Positions 55,228 to 64,000 of a stretch of 64,000 bases of DNA are shown here, one piece after another. A program made the position numbers and the translations under genes. Source of the stretch: an uncultured bacterium (GTDB lineage Bacteria; Verrucomicrobiota; Verrucomicrobiia; Limisphaerales; UBA8199); NCBI GenBank assembly GCA_963749495.1, contig CAVVMW010000021.1:160001-224000 (forward strand), written 5' to 3'. The notes under the pieces were generated by a model. It had not been told where the DNA came from and did no database searches. It worked only from the letters and a program-made list of their open reading frames with translations. Within the stretch, counting starts at the first letter, position 1. Every line of letters starts with the position of its first letter.

Positions 55228-55269
55228 CTAAGCCACGCGCCCAAGCTCGTGCGCATCGGCAATCGCTTA
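55228..55269 (-). repeat. Duplicated tRNA-Leu 5' end plus upstream flank
   Basis: 55232-55269 identical to 62103-62140, preceded by ctaag (anticodon loop). Confidence 0.88.
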
Positions 55270-55380
55270 CCCTTCTTTGACAAAGGTCCCTTCCGCTGTT
55301 ACAATGGCCTCAGGCCTCCCAAGGTGAACTTGAGGGGCTTATTAGTTGTGCTGAACTGACGGACCGGGAAGATCGAAAGT

Positions 55381-57912
55381 ATGAACCATTGCTCACTCAT
55401 CAAGTTTACGTTTGCCCGCTGCACGCCGGCCGCGCTGCTCGGGGGCCTGTCGCTTTTCATGGCCACAACCAGCCAGGCCTCCGTGCTCTACTCCTGCCCA
55501 GGAGGCGCCGGAGGCGACTGGAATACGGAAGGGTTCTATATGCCCAGCTATCCCGGAATAACGCTGGATTCCGCGACCCTGAAGCTTCTCGGTTCCGTCG
55601 CTGGAACGTACCAGGTTTCGCTCACCGTTCGGAGCGGGGCTTATGACGGCCCGGTGTTGGGCACATCCACGGTCACGGTTGGCCTGAACGCCTCTTCTGG
55701 CGCCATGGTGAGCACGACGTTCCCGTTTCCGTCGGTGACGATGCCCAAGGGGGGCCTGGTATGTTTCATCCTCTCCGTAGTGTCAGGGCCGTACGGCATG
55801 GTTTACTACGATGTGGGAGGCGGCTGCACCGAGGTGATCGAGACCGAGGACACGAGTCCGCCGTTGAGCTCATTCCGCCGGGACGGCGTGGACCTTACGC
55901 TGACGGGCGCGCTCGGGACGATCGCCCCGGGGTGGTCGATTCAAGCCGCGATCAACGCGGCCGTTCCCGGAGAAACCGTCTTCGTGGGGCCCGGGACGTT
56001 TCACGAGGACCTCTACCTCAGGAGCGGGATCAGCGTGGTGGGGTCGGGATTCGACTCCACATTCCTGCAAGGCACGGGCGATGTCCGCGTGGTGAACTCG
56101 ATCAGCGTCACCAACTCGCGGTTCGCTGGGTTCCAAATCACCGGGTGCGGGAACAGTTTCGTTTCCGCGGGCGTTTGGATCAACGGTGGCAACCTGATGT
56201 TGGACGACAACTGGATCCTGGGCAACACCAACGGCGTCTGGATAAATCCGGGCAGCAGCCCGATTGTCCGCAACAACCTCATTGATCGCAACGGCAATCC
56301 CAGAGGCGGCAGCGCCTACGCGGGCATCGTTTACCAGAACTCAACCCCGCTGATTACGGGCAATGTCATCCTGAACGGTCCGGACGAGGGCATCCGCGGT
56401 GAAACCTGGAGCGGACCGGTGACGGGGGCGCAGATCATCAATAACACCATCGTGGGAAATCCCGCTTATTCCACTTTTGGCATCGAGGGCTGGTACGGCG
56501 CGATGCCCACGATCAAGAACAATATCATCGCCACCAACGCCATCGGCATCAATGGCACCACCCCGGCGGGTCCGCTCAGTTCCTTCAACGATCTGTGGGC
56601 CAATCGCGTGGCCAACTACTCCGGCACCGCGGTCCCGGGTCCGGGCGATCTCGCGCTCGATCCGCTATTCGACCCTGCTTCGCCCAGCCTCTTTGCCCTG
56701 GCCATCGGGTCACCCTGCATCCACGCCGGTGATCCCGGCCCCATCTACAACAACCCGGACGGCACGCGCAACACGATGGGGGCCTATGGGGGCCCCAGCG
56801 CCCTGACTCCCGGCGTCCTGACCAGCCTCACGTCCGGTTTCCTCTTTAGCAGCATTGGCAGCATCCCGGCTTCTTCGATCTCGACCACGGTGCCGCGGGC
56901 CGGTTTAGCGACTGTTGACAGCGCCACCGCCAGCGCCCTCCAGATCCCGCAGTGGGAAGACGCTCCGTTTGGCGGCCAGGTCCAACTCCACGGCCTGTTC
57001 GGCTCGAGCGACACCTCGGTGCACTACTATCAGATCCTGGGCGCCAAGTGGAATGGCGATACTCCGCCCGGTCCGAGCGACTTCGTGCCGATCCTGGATC
57101 CGCTCAGCAAAATCAAGTACACTATCGGCAGCGGTGGAGTGGTGGTCGCCTCGCTGGTCAACGTCGGTCCGGACGCCAACGGCCTGTATATGCGCACGGA
57201 TCTCCCGGATTCCGGCTACTGGACTTCGCCCAACCTGAAACTGCTGCTGAACACGGTGGCGCTCCAGAATTCCCGTTATGATTTCATCTGCCGCGCTTAT
57301 GCCAGCGACAACCTTTCCTCCCAGGTCACGCTCCCCGGCAATTCCTTGAGCAACGTGACGCTGTGGATCGATAACAACGGCGTGGTGGTCAACCTGACCA
57401 ATGTGCTCGATGTGAGCGGCAATATCATCTCCGAGTGTGGCATTATCCCGCTTGCCACCGGCGGGCAGAACCTCCAGTTCCAGTTCACGGCCTATCACCC
57501 GAGCGGGTTCCTCTACAGTTATTCCCTCGGTTCTTACTATGGCCGCAACCGCTACGGTGGCTACATCGCCGCGGACCAATACGCCGGCACGCACGACAGT
57601 CCCGGCCCGTTCTGGAGCGGCGTCGGCCCGGGAACCTCCATCTCTAACTCCTTGCCGGCCCAGGTTGCCGGCACTCTGGCCGGCTGGCAGACCTGCGCTT
57701 ACCAATTTCAATTGTCCGCTTGGGCCCGCACCACCGACGGGGTCAACCGCATTTATTGGAACACCTTCAACGACCACTATTACATTAACGTCGGCCCGGC
57801 GCTCCCGGGCGGTTGCCTGGGCGACCTCAATGGGGACGGCCGGGTCAATGGGGCGGATTTGGTCATCTTTGCCCAGCGGTTTGGCACCAATTGCGCTCCG
57901 ACGGGGCCCTAG
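55381..57912 (+). CDS. Exported parallel beta-helix protein with C-terminal dockerin/EF-hand-like motif
   Basis: SIQAAINAA.PG.TVFVGPGTF, IINNTIVGN, IKNNII, SPCIHAGDP...MGAYGG; GDLNGDGRVNGADLVIF. Confidence 0.85.
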   Translation: MNHCSLIKFTFARCTPAALLGGLSLFMATTSQASVLYSCPGGAGGDWNTEGFYMPSYPGITLDSATLKLLGSVAGTYQVSLTVRSGAYDGPVLGTSTVTVGLNASSGAMVSTTFPFPSVTMPKGGLVCFILSVVSGPYGMVYYDVGGGCTEVIETEDTSPPLSSFRRDGVDLTLTGALGTIAPGWSIQAAINAAVPGETVFVGPGTFHEDLYLRSGISVVGSGFDSTFLQGTGDVRVVNSISVTNSRFAGFQITGCGNSFVSAGVWINGGNLMLDDNWILGNTNGVWINPGSSPIVRNNLIDRNGNPRGGSAYAGIVYQNSTPLITGNVILNGPDEGIRGETWSGPVTGAQIINNTIVGNPAYSTFGIEGWYGAMPTIKNNIIATNAIGINGTTPAGPLSSFNDLWANRVANYSGTAVPGPGDLALDPLFDPASPSLFALAIGSPCIHAGDPGPIYNNPDGTRNTMGAYGGPSALTPGVLTSLTSGFLFSSIGSIPASSISTTVPRAGLATVDSATASALQIPQWEDAPFGGQVQLHGLFGSSDTSVHYYQILGAKWNGDTPPGPSDFVPILDPLSKIKYTIGSGGVVVASLVNVGPDANGLYMRTDLPDSGYWTSPNLKLLLNTVALQNSRYDFICRAYASDNLSSQVTLPGNSLSNVTLWIDNNGVVVNLTNVLDVSGNIISECGIIPLATGGQNLQFQFTAYHPSGFLYSYSLGSYYGRNRYGGYIAADQYAGTHDSPGPFWSGVGPGTSISNSLPAQVAGTLAGWQTCAYQFQLSAWARTTDGVNRIYWNTFNDHYYINVGPALPGGCLGDLNGDGRVNGADLVIFAQRFGTNCAPTGP

Positions 57913-57963
57913 CGCGCGACAGACAACCTGGCAAAGTCAATTCCGAATGAGAAACGGCTCCCT

Positions 57964-58704
57964 ATGAAATCAAGTCTCTCTCTCTGTGCGTTGGCGCTCG
58001 CAGTTTGGGCGCTCCCGCCGCAACCCGTCGCCGCCGGGGTGAATCTGTATGGCGAGATGGCGTCGAGTGGCTCGACCGCCACCGTGAATCTCTACGCCGA
58101 CACCTCGACCAGTTCGCTTATGAGCTTCGGTGTCCGGCTGCTATATGACACCAATAACCTGTACGTCATCGCCGCCGCCAAAAACACGGCGGTGTGGTAT
58201 CTCTCGACCGGGGGCACCAACATCCCCTACCTCGACCCGGACACGTCCGTTCCTGGACAAGTCACCATCCTGGGCGCCAAACTCGACACTCTCAACCCGC
58301 TGCAAGGCGTATCCGGCCAGCATGTCCTCCTCGGCATCGTGACGTTCGGACGGCTCAGCGCCACCACCCCCCAATTCACGCTGGCCCTCGGACGACCGAG
58401 CGCCTTCGACAACTTCGTTACCACCGGCGGCGACGTGCTGGATAACGCCGCGGGCGGCGTCGTCATTGACACCGTGTACACCCTGAGAATGACCGGCGTG
58501 ACACTTGTCTCGGGCGGCGTTTCTGTCCAATGGCAGGGCGGAATCCAGGCGACGGAGTTCCTGCAGCGGCGGTTCTGCTTGGGCACCAATGACCAATGGG
58601 TCAACATCTTCACCAATCCGCCTCCGACCGCTCCCACAGTCACCTACACCGATCCGATCGGCACAAACCGGTTGATGTTCTACCGAGTCCGCGCCCAGCC
58701 CTGA
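57964..58704 (+). CDS. Exported protein with cohesin-like domain
   Basis: Signal peptide; SFGVRLLYD...L, PGQVTI.G, LLGIVTF; C-terminal FYRV. Confidence 0.65.
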   Translation: MKSSLSLCALALAVWALPPQPVAAGVNLYGEMASSGSTATVNLYADTSTSSLMSFGVRLLYDTNNLYVIAAAKNTAVWYLSTGGTNIPYLDPDTSVPGQVTILGAKLDTLNPLQGVSGQHVLLGIVTFGRLSATTPQFTLALGRPSAFDNFVTTGGDVLDNAAGGVVIDTVYTLRMTGVTLVSGGVSVQWQGGIQATEFLQRRFCLGTNDQWVNIFTNPPPTAPTVTYTDPIGTNRLMFYRVRAQP

Positions 58705-58816
58705 CCTCGGGCTGGGAAACATGATTTTTAGCTCCAAGGCGGCATTCTCGTTTGCAGCGGCCGATAAATGCAGATGAGGCCTTCGGCATTTAAAACTGTT
58801 TCAGCCGTTGGGCTGG

Positions 58817-59458
58817 TTACTTGCGTGCGGCTCCATGAGCTGCCAGATGGCTGTTATGCGCCTCTTGCGCATGCGAGACTTGCACCGGCGTCGGGCCTTG
58901 ATGGGGCGCGCGGCTTGCCTCCACTTCGCCCCTCGAGGGTTGTGCCTTGATTCCGCCTTTGCCGCTGAACCCATGATTCGGACCCTTGATAACCCGAACC
59001 ACCGAGCGGTCCTCGTAAGTATTGTGCACCTTGTTGCGGTCCACGTTCGAGATGACCGTGTTATGCCGGAACACGCCCCCCTCCCAACGTCCGCCGGTGA
59101 AGCCTGAGCCGAAGTAGCCGTTGCCGTAATTGATGCCGCCGTAGAAGCCGACTTGCGCGCCCCAATACCCTTCGTGCCAGGTGTACCTGCGGCCGACGAG
59201 GCCCCAATAACCGGGCGTCCAGAGGAGCCCCACGCTGGGAGGGAGAACCCAATGACCCGGCACCCAGTAATAGCCATAATCACCGTACTGATAGTAGCCA
59301 GGCGTCCAAATGTACCCGTTGCCAGGGCAGGGGGCCTGATCGAAGACGGCGATGGGCGGCGGCGCGATGTTCACCGAAAGCTGAATTCCGGCGAAGGCGC
59401 GCGTTCCGAAGAAAGCGGCCAGCACCAGAATCAAAAACATTGTGAGTTTGTGTTTCAT
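58817..59458 (-). CDS. YXWGXW-repeat exported protein
   Basis: APPP..., GYIWTPGYY, YYWVPGHW, LWTPGYWG, GYWGAQVGFYGGINYG. Confidence 0.92.
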   Translation of the reverse strand: MKHKLTMFLILVLAAFFGTRAFAGIQLSVNIAPPPIAVFDQAPCPGNGYIWTPGYYQYGDYGYYWVPGHWVLPPSVGLLWTPGYWGLVGRRYTWHEGYWGAQVGFYGGINYGNGYFGSGFTGGRWEGGVFRHNTVISNVDRNKVHNTYEDRSVVRVIKGPNHGFSGKGGIKAQPSRGEVEASRAPHQGPTPVQVSHAQEAHNSHLAAHGAARK

Positions 59459-59487
59459 CTTTGAGTTCTCCTTCCCGGTCTGTTCAA

Positions 59488-59615
59488 ACTGATACTGATA
59501 GGAATTTGCTTGTTGACGAGGCGCGATTCAGGGAGAATCGCTTTCATCGTCGTGTTCATTTGCCAACGATTTTACGCCTTTGCCGGCGCACGGCAAGCTG
59601 TTTTTAGGTTTTTCG
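59488..59615 (-). promoter_or_regulatory. Leader element 3: promoter and conserved motif upstream of the YXWGXW gene
   Basis: Minus strand: tcgaaaaacc..TTGCCG-N16-TAAAAT..aatg..attctccct..AAGCAAATTCCTATCAGT (59494-59511) followed by a second ATCAGT. Confidence 0.7.
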
Positions 59616-59651
59616 ATAAAGGGAGGCGGCCTCAAACCGGCGGCGGCTGAT

Positions 59652-61964
59652 TCATTCCAGTCTCAATCGGTAGAAGACCGCAGGGTTGGTCGTGTACAAC
59701 CAATAAGCCGTGCCCGACAGGTTTGTGGCAATGGCGGACCATCTCTGCGTTTTGAGGTCCGTGCAACTCTCCACGTCCACGCCATAGGTCTCGCCGCTCC
59801 AGAGCAGTCCCGAGACCCCGCCCACGCGAGACAGTCGGGTCAGGCGGAGCGGGAGCCCTCGGGCGCACAGCACTTCGCGTCCGGAAGACGGGCCTGAAAA
59901 CACCAGATGCGGCACCGAGTCTCGCACGGCCAGAGCCAGCCCCTGGTTCAGTGATAGCTGGCTGGCTTCAATTGTCTGCACCCTCCAAGTCAGATTGGTG
60001 GGGATGCCGTATCCGAAGGCGTGTCTTAAGAAGCGGTCCTCAGATATATACACGAGGTAGTGGCGGCCTGACTCGTCCATCGCGTAGGATGCGGAGCCAG
60101 GGTCTTGCGGCGACGTGTCCACGTCCTGCACATGCCAGCCGGCTCCGTCGCGCCAGGCAAACAGGGCGCCTCGATCGGCGTCCACAGAAGCGATGCACGG
60201 CTGGCCGTCTCCGTTGAAAGCCAGCGTGGGCTGGGCGACCAGCCACTGACTGGTCTCGACGCTCTCTGAGTGCCAAAGCAGGACCCCAAGGTGCCAACTG
60301 CAAATGGCGCACATCAGAACCCCGGGATCGCCGCTGGCGTAAGCGATTGACGGCGCACCCGAGGGCCCCAGGGCCAGCGAGGTTCCTAGATCCGAGATCG
60401 TTCCGGCGTTGTCCAGAGTGAACAGATGCCAGCCTTTGGCATCCTTGTAGGCGCACTTGAGATTGCCGCCCGCCACGTAGCTGATCCACGGCATGTTGTC
60501 GCCGTCCAACGCAAGGGAACAGCTCTGTCCTCCTCCCGTATCGACGGTTTCCACATTCCACTTTCCCAATAGGCCGGTCTTGACGAATGCGGCAAACCGA
60601 AGCGCGTTGGAAGCGCCACTGTAATAGGCGACGGCGGGATCTCCGTTCGAGGCCAGTTTCAACGACGTGCTCCCCATCACGCCGTCATCCAAGACGGTGA
60701 CATCCCAGCCGGTTTCAATCTGCTGCGCGTATGTCAGATGCTGCTGCCGCACGTCCACCCAAGTCGCATGCACCACGCCCGACGGGTCGGTCGCCACCGA
60801 GCAATACTGCGGGGCGGAACGCGCCTGGTCCACGATCTCCACTGACCAGGAGGCCCCGCTGGGCGAGGCGTATATCAGTTGCTCAAGGGCGCCATCGTAG
60901 TTGCCGATCTGGGGCTCGCCCGAGGCGTTGACAGCGATGGAGGAAGACCATCCGGCGTTGGTTCCGGCAGCCACCGTTGCGCTCGTGCCATCGGTCACAT
61001 TCCTATAGAGGAGGATGTTGTCATAGGGATCGAAGTAGCTGACGTGCAGCTTCCCGGCGCGCATGGCCGCCGAAATGTCATACGCGACCCAGGGGGTTTC
61101 CGACGAATCGATAGCCTCCTCCTGCCAGGTGACGCCGTCGAAGTGCGTGTAAATCAGATACGAGGGAGTCATGAAAGGATCGTTTCTGGCGTACACGACA
61201 TGGGGCCGGTCGGCGGCGTCGAGCGCCAAGGCCGGATAAGAGTCACCCCCCTCGGCGCTGCCGAAGGAGGTTCGCGTCCAGACGCCGTTCAGCTCGCGTT
61301 GCGCGTGCGTCAACGGCTTGTTATTGCGGCTGAACACCACCTGGGTCCGCCCGGCGCTGTCGATCATCATGTCGGCATAGTTCTGCGTATCGCCGGCGGC
61401 ATTGCTGTACACCGTTTCGATGTGCCAAAGGTTGGTGTCGCGGTAGGCATACAGCACGTCGCCGGAGGGACTGAAAAAGAGAAGGCTGGGTTGTTCGGCA
61501 GTGTTCACAGCCACGGTGATCGACCGGCCGGTGTCCGCGGTGGCCACAGTCTCGATCCGCCAATGCCAGAACACAGGAAAGGACCCCAGTGACACCCACT
61601 TCGCGCACTTCACCTGGCCTGCGGATGCGTCGAAGTATCCGATGCAGGTCGAACTGGAGCCAGGCGCCAGCGCGATGCTGGCATGAGCGCCCATGCCCGG
61701 CCCGGTATCCACCACGGTGATCTGCCATTCCGAGCCGTCATACCACGCGTTGTAAAGATCGCGGCCACCGTAAGCGATCTGCGGGAGGCCGTTGCCATCG
61801 AGCACGAGGCTCCGGGGGGACACGTCCTCGAACCATTTGCCCGGCTGGATCGTCGAAACCTCCCAGTCGAAGGCGCGCGAAAGGCAGGGCCCAAAGAGCG
61901 TCGCGGTGAAAACGGTCAGAAAACGCATCATGAGATACACACCGCGCCCAACAGGAGTGTTCAT
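59652..61964 (-). CDS. Exported repeat protein, probably beta-propeller-like (start 61964 or 61931)
   Basis: Repeated W.IETVD...SLALD..G.P.IAY units; C-terminal FYRL. Confidence 0.8.
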   Translation of the reverse strand: MNTPVGRGVYLMMRFLTVFTATLFGPCLSRAFDWEVSTIQPGKWFEDVSPRSLVLDGNGLPQIAYGGRDLYNAWYDGSEWQITVVDTGPGMGAHASIALAPGSSSTCIGYFDASAGQVKCAKWVSLGSFPVFWHWRIETVATADTGRSITVAVNTAEQPSLLFFSPSGDVLYAYRDTNLWHIETVYSNAAGDTQNYADMMIDSAGRTQVVFSRNNKPLTHAQRELNGVWTRTSFGSAEGGDSYPALALDAADRPHVVYARNDPFMTPSYLIYTHFDGVTWQEEAIDSSETPWVAYDISAAMRAGKLHVSYFDPYDNILLYRNVTDGTSATVAAGTNAGWSSSIAVNASGEPQIGNYDGALEQLIYASPSGASWSVEIVDQARSAPQYCSVATDPSGVVHATWVDVRQQHLTYAQQIETGWDVTVLDDGVMGSTSLKLASNGDPAVAYYSGASNALRFAAFVKTGLLGKWNVETVDTGGGQSCSLALDGDNMPWISYVAGGNLKCAYKDAKGWHLFTLDNAGTISDLGTSLALGPSGAPSIAYASGDPGVLMCAICSWHLGVLLWHSESVETSQWLVAQPTLAFNGDGQPCIASVDADRGALFAWRDGAGWHVQDVDTSPQDPGSASYAMDESGRHYLVYISEDRFLRHAFGYGIPTNLTWRVQTIEASQLSLNQGLALAVRDSVPHLVFSGPSSGREVLCARGLPLRLTRLSRVGGVSGLLWSGETYGVDVESCTDLKTQRWSAIATNLSGTAYWLYTTNPAVFYRLRLE

Positions 61965-62029
61965 GTTGCGGAGGCTAAACCTCGGCGGATGATTGTCAAG
62001 ATCCAGGATTCTATTGATCTTTCTTGAAG

Positions 62030-62113
62030 TGGTGGGCGCGACAGGACTTGAACCTGCAAGAGTTTCCTCACGTGGTCCTAAGCCACGCGCGTCTGCCATT
62101 CCGCCACGCGCCC
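62030..62113 (-). tRNA. tRNA-Leu (anticodon TAG)
   Basis: GGGCGCGTGGCGGAATGGCAGACG-CGTGG CTTAGGA CCACG-long variable arm-GCAGGTTCAAGTCCTGT-CGCGCCCACCA. Confidence 0.97.
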
Positions 62114-62349
62114 AAGCTCGTGCGCATCGGCAATCGCTTATCCTCTTTTACCACTAAACCGGCCAGGGTGAAACCAAATTTAGCGCGTTGCAGAACCTGA
62201 ATCCCCGGGGTCCCCACCTCCATTGGCGACCGTCGTCACTTGCCACTCTAGACTGCAACTCGCCAACGCGCTATCGGGTAAAACCCTCACTCCCGAGGCG
62301 GGCACTACTGTCTTGGCTCTGTTCAAACGCGGAGACGCAAAGACATTCC

Positions 62350-62844
62350 TCACTGCGCCGGGAAACCGTCCTTGTCGGCCGGGTTGACGAAGACCAGTTC
62401 GGCCCCGGCCGGATCGCGCTGGACCAGGGCCGCGGGCCGTCCCCCGAGCAAGGCAAACAACTGTTCGTCGCCGATCCGCTCAAACGTGTTGCCGGCAGGC
62501 GCGGTCCTGACCCACGCGACCGCGGAGGTGGAAGTCCCTATCAGGCCCGCTCCCACGCGTCGTGTGGTCACGATCATCCCTGCCTCCAGCGGCCGGGAAT
62601 GGACCACGAGCGGATTGTCGGGGCCGGGTTGCGGGGCGTTGCGCCGGGGCAGGAACCTTGCGGCGAGGGCCAGGACCGCCAGCGCGCAGGCCGCCGCCAG
62701 GATGCCCTGGGTCCTCCGGCGCCGGCGTTTTCGGTTCGCCACCGCATCGAGTGTCAGGCGGAGCAGGTCCTCACGAAAGGCCGGCGGAGCGGCTTCGGCC
62801 AGCACATCATTGAGGAGGGCGTCTTTTGCGGGATCAGTGTCCAT
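62350..62844 (-). CDS. Putative membrane anti-sigma-like protein
   Basis: Overlaps the ECF gene end; RKRRRRR followed by a TM segment. Confidence 0.7.
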   Translation of the reverse strand: MDTDPAKDALLNDVLAEAAPPAFREDLLRLTLDAVANRKRRRRRTQGILAAACALAVLALAARFLPRRNAPQPGPDNPLVVHSRPLEAGMIVTTRRVGAGLIGTSTSAVAWVRTAPAGNTFERIGDEQLFALLGGRPAALVQRDPAGAELVFVNPADKDGFPAQ

Positions 62845-63505
62845 GTTCAAGTTGAGCAAGAATCATTTCTTTTAGCCTGCGCCGGGCCCGCGCCAGGCGG
62901 GATTCCACGGCTTTTTCCGTCGTCCGGGTCTCCTCCGCGATCTGGCGGACCGGTTGACCGGCCAAGTACTTGCGTTCGAGCGATTCGCGTTCTTCGGCCG
63001 GCAAGGCGGCCAGGTTCGCCTGGAGCAACTCCATCAGGCGCGCGTCGGCATCGCTGGCGGGCGCCTGGGCGGCGATTTGCTCTTGCTCGAAAAAGCGGCC
63101 CAGGAAACTCAGGTAGCGGCGCGAGCGGCGGCTTTCATCGGCCACGGAACTGCGCGCCAGCACCGTGAGCCAGCTCCAAAAGACCGCTTCCGAGTCGAAC
63201 CTCCTTGCGTGGCGGACCACGCGCAGCAGCGTCAATTGGAGGGCCTCGCGGGCGGCCTGCTCGCTTCCGGTGACCACCAAGAGGTAACGCAGCAACCGGT
63301 CGAAATAGAGTTCATAGAAGCGCCGGTAGGCCCCCTCATCGCCCCGGGCCATCCGGGCCGTCAGCGACGGGATCTCGCCCGCTGATGCGGGAGGCTCCTG
63401 CAATTGGGGCTCCTCGAGGGTCAATGGACGCGCGCGCGGGGCCGAGGCAATAGCCACCGGCACCGCGCAGGCCAAATGGAGACCGCTATTTGGCCGAGGG
63501 TCCAT
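62834..63505 (-). CDS. ECF sigma-70 factor
   Basis: ARGDEGAYRRFYELY, FWSWLTVLAR, QIAEE...KAVESRLARARRRL. Confidence 0.9.
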   Translation of the reverse strand: MDPRPNSGLHLACAVPVAIASAPRARPLTLEEPQLQEPPASAGEIPSLTARMARGDEGAYRRFYELYFDRLLRYLLVVTGSEQAAREALQLTLLRVVRHARRFDSEAVFWSWLTVLARSSVADESRRSRRYLSFLGRFFEQEQIAAQAPASDADARLMELLQANLAALPAEERESLERKYLAGQPVRQIAEETRTTEKAVESRLARARRRLKEMILAQLEHGH

Positions 63506-64000
63506 CCTTTTTCGGCATGCCTTCTGGAGCGGTTTTCTCGCGCGCCTTTCTCTCGGCAGCCGTTTCTGCTTTAGGGGGGGCCATGCTCAACTGCTCAAGG
63601 ACATTGTCGATGAGCTTCAATTGATCGAACGGGCCTACCGCGATGAGCAGTTTGGTCTCCGCGTGGAATTTGAGGCGCGGTTTGGGGTTGATTCCCAGGA
63701 GGTCCCAGCCGGTTTGAATGGCCGTTGTGATGTCGTCGATCGTGAAATTGTCGAGCAGCCCGGCCGTTTGAAAAAACCGGCAGACGTTCGGCGTGGGCGA
63801 GCTTGTTCTGCTCTGGAAACACCAGACTGCATTCTCACCCTCTCCTGTGCTTTGGAACTCATACGCGGATTCGACCCACCGGTCTTGCACGAGTTTGTGC
63901 GTTCGGCTCGTCAGGTTGAGGGCACGGAACAGATCCGGCACCGTGACGCTCGTGAGCTTCACGGGCGGGAGCTGAACGTCCCTGTCCTCGGCCGGGATAA
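63486..64000 (-). CDS. Hypothetical protein (5' end outside window)
   Basis: Open frame upstream of the ECF gene; LKFHAETKLLIAVG. Confidence 0.6.
   Translation of the reverse strand, partial: IPAEDRDVQLPPVKLTSVTVPDLFRALNLTSRTHKLVQDRWVESAYEFQSTGEGENAVWCFQSRTSSPTPNVCRFFQTAGLLDNFTIDDITTAIQTGWDLLGINPKPRLKFHAETKLLIAVGPFDQLKLIDNVLEQLSMAPPKAETAAERKAREKTAPEGMPKKDGPSAK

Noticed and set aside
54955..55269. Intron-containing tRNA gene
   Set aside because: The 5' half lacks 21 nt including the D-arm, and the insert is mostly a REP-like palindrome without group I intron features.

Overview
GC-rich bacterial window, probably Verrucomicrobiota (inferred from ECF sigma factors with long C-terminal extensions, an H-X9-DG prepilin-like protein and dense intergenic palindromes and heptamer repeats). 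Housekeeping and metabolic genes include proB, a deoxyhypusine-synthase-like gene, aguA, glnD, malQ, gspF-H-I-J-K, deoC, several sugar oxidoreductases and isomerases, and tRNA-Leu(TAG). Accessory content includes four PIN-type toxin-antitoxin pairs, a nuclease-EVE-like gene, a miniature RAYT-like element, nested MITE/REP-like elements and an integrase-less island next to the tRNA. About a dozen genes carry isolated frameshifts, probably long-read errors. The main observation is a promoter-leader element ending in AAGCAA(A/T)TTCCTATCAGT, found at three loci (about 4.9, 35.4 and 59.5 kb), each upstream of accessory genes. At 4.9-7.2 kb its last 55 bp recur as three identical direct repeats separating gene-sized inserts. 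At 34.5-35.3 kb an ORF-less group II intron interrupts the motif exactly at TCCTAT^CAGT, and the intron's EBS1 loop and candidate EBS2 are complementary to the conserved part of the motif. This may be a gene-cassette capture or expression platform linked to a group II intron. No integrase, Cas or reverse transcriptase gene is recognisable in the window.
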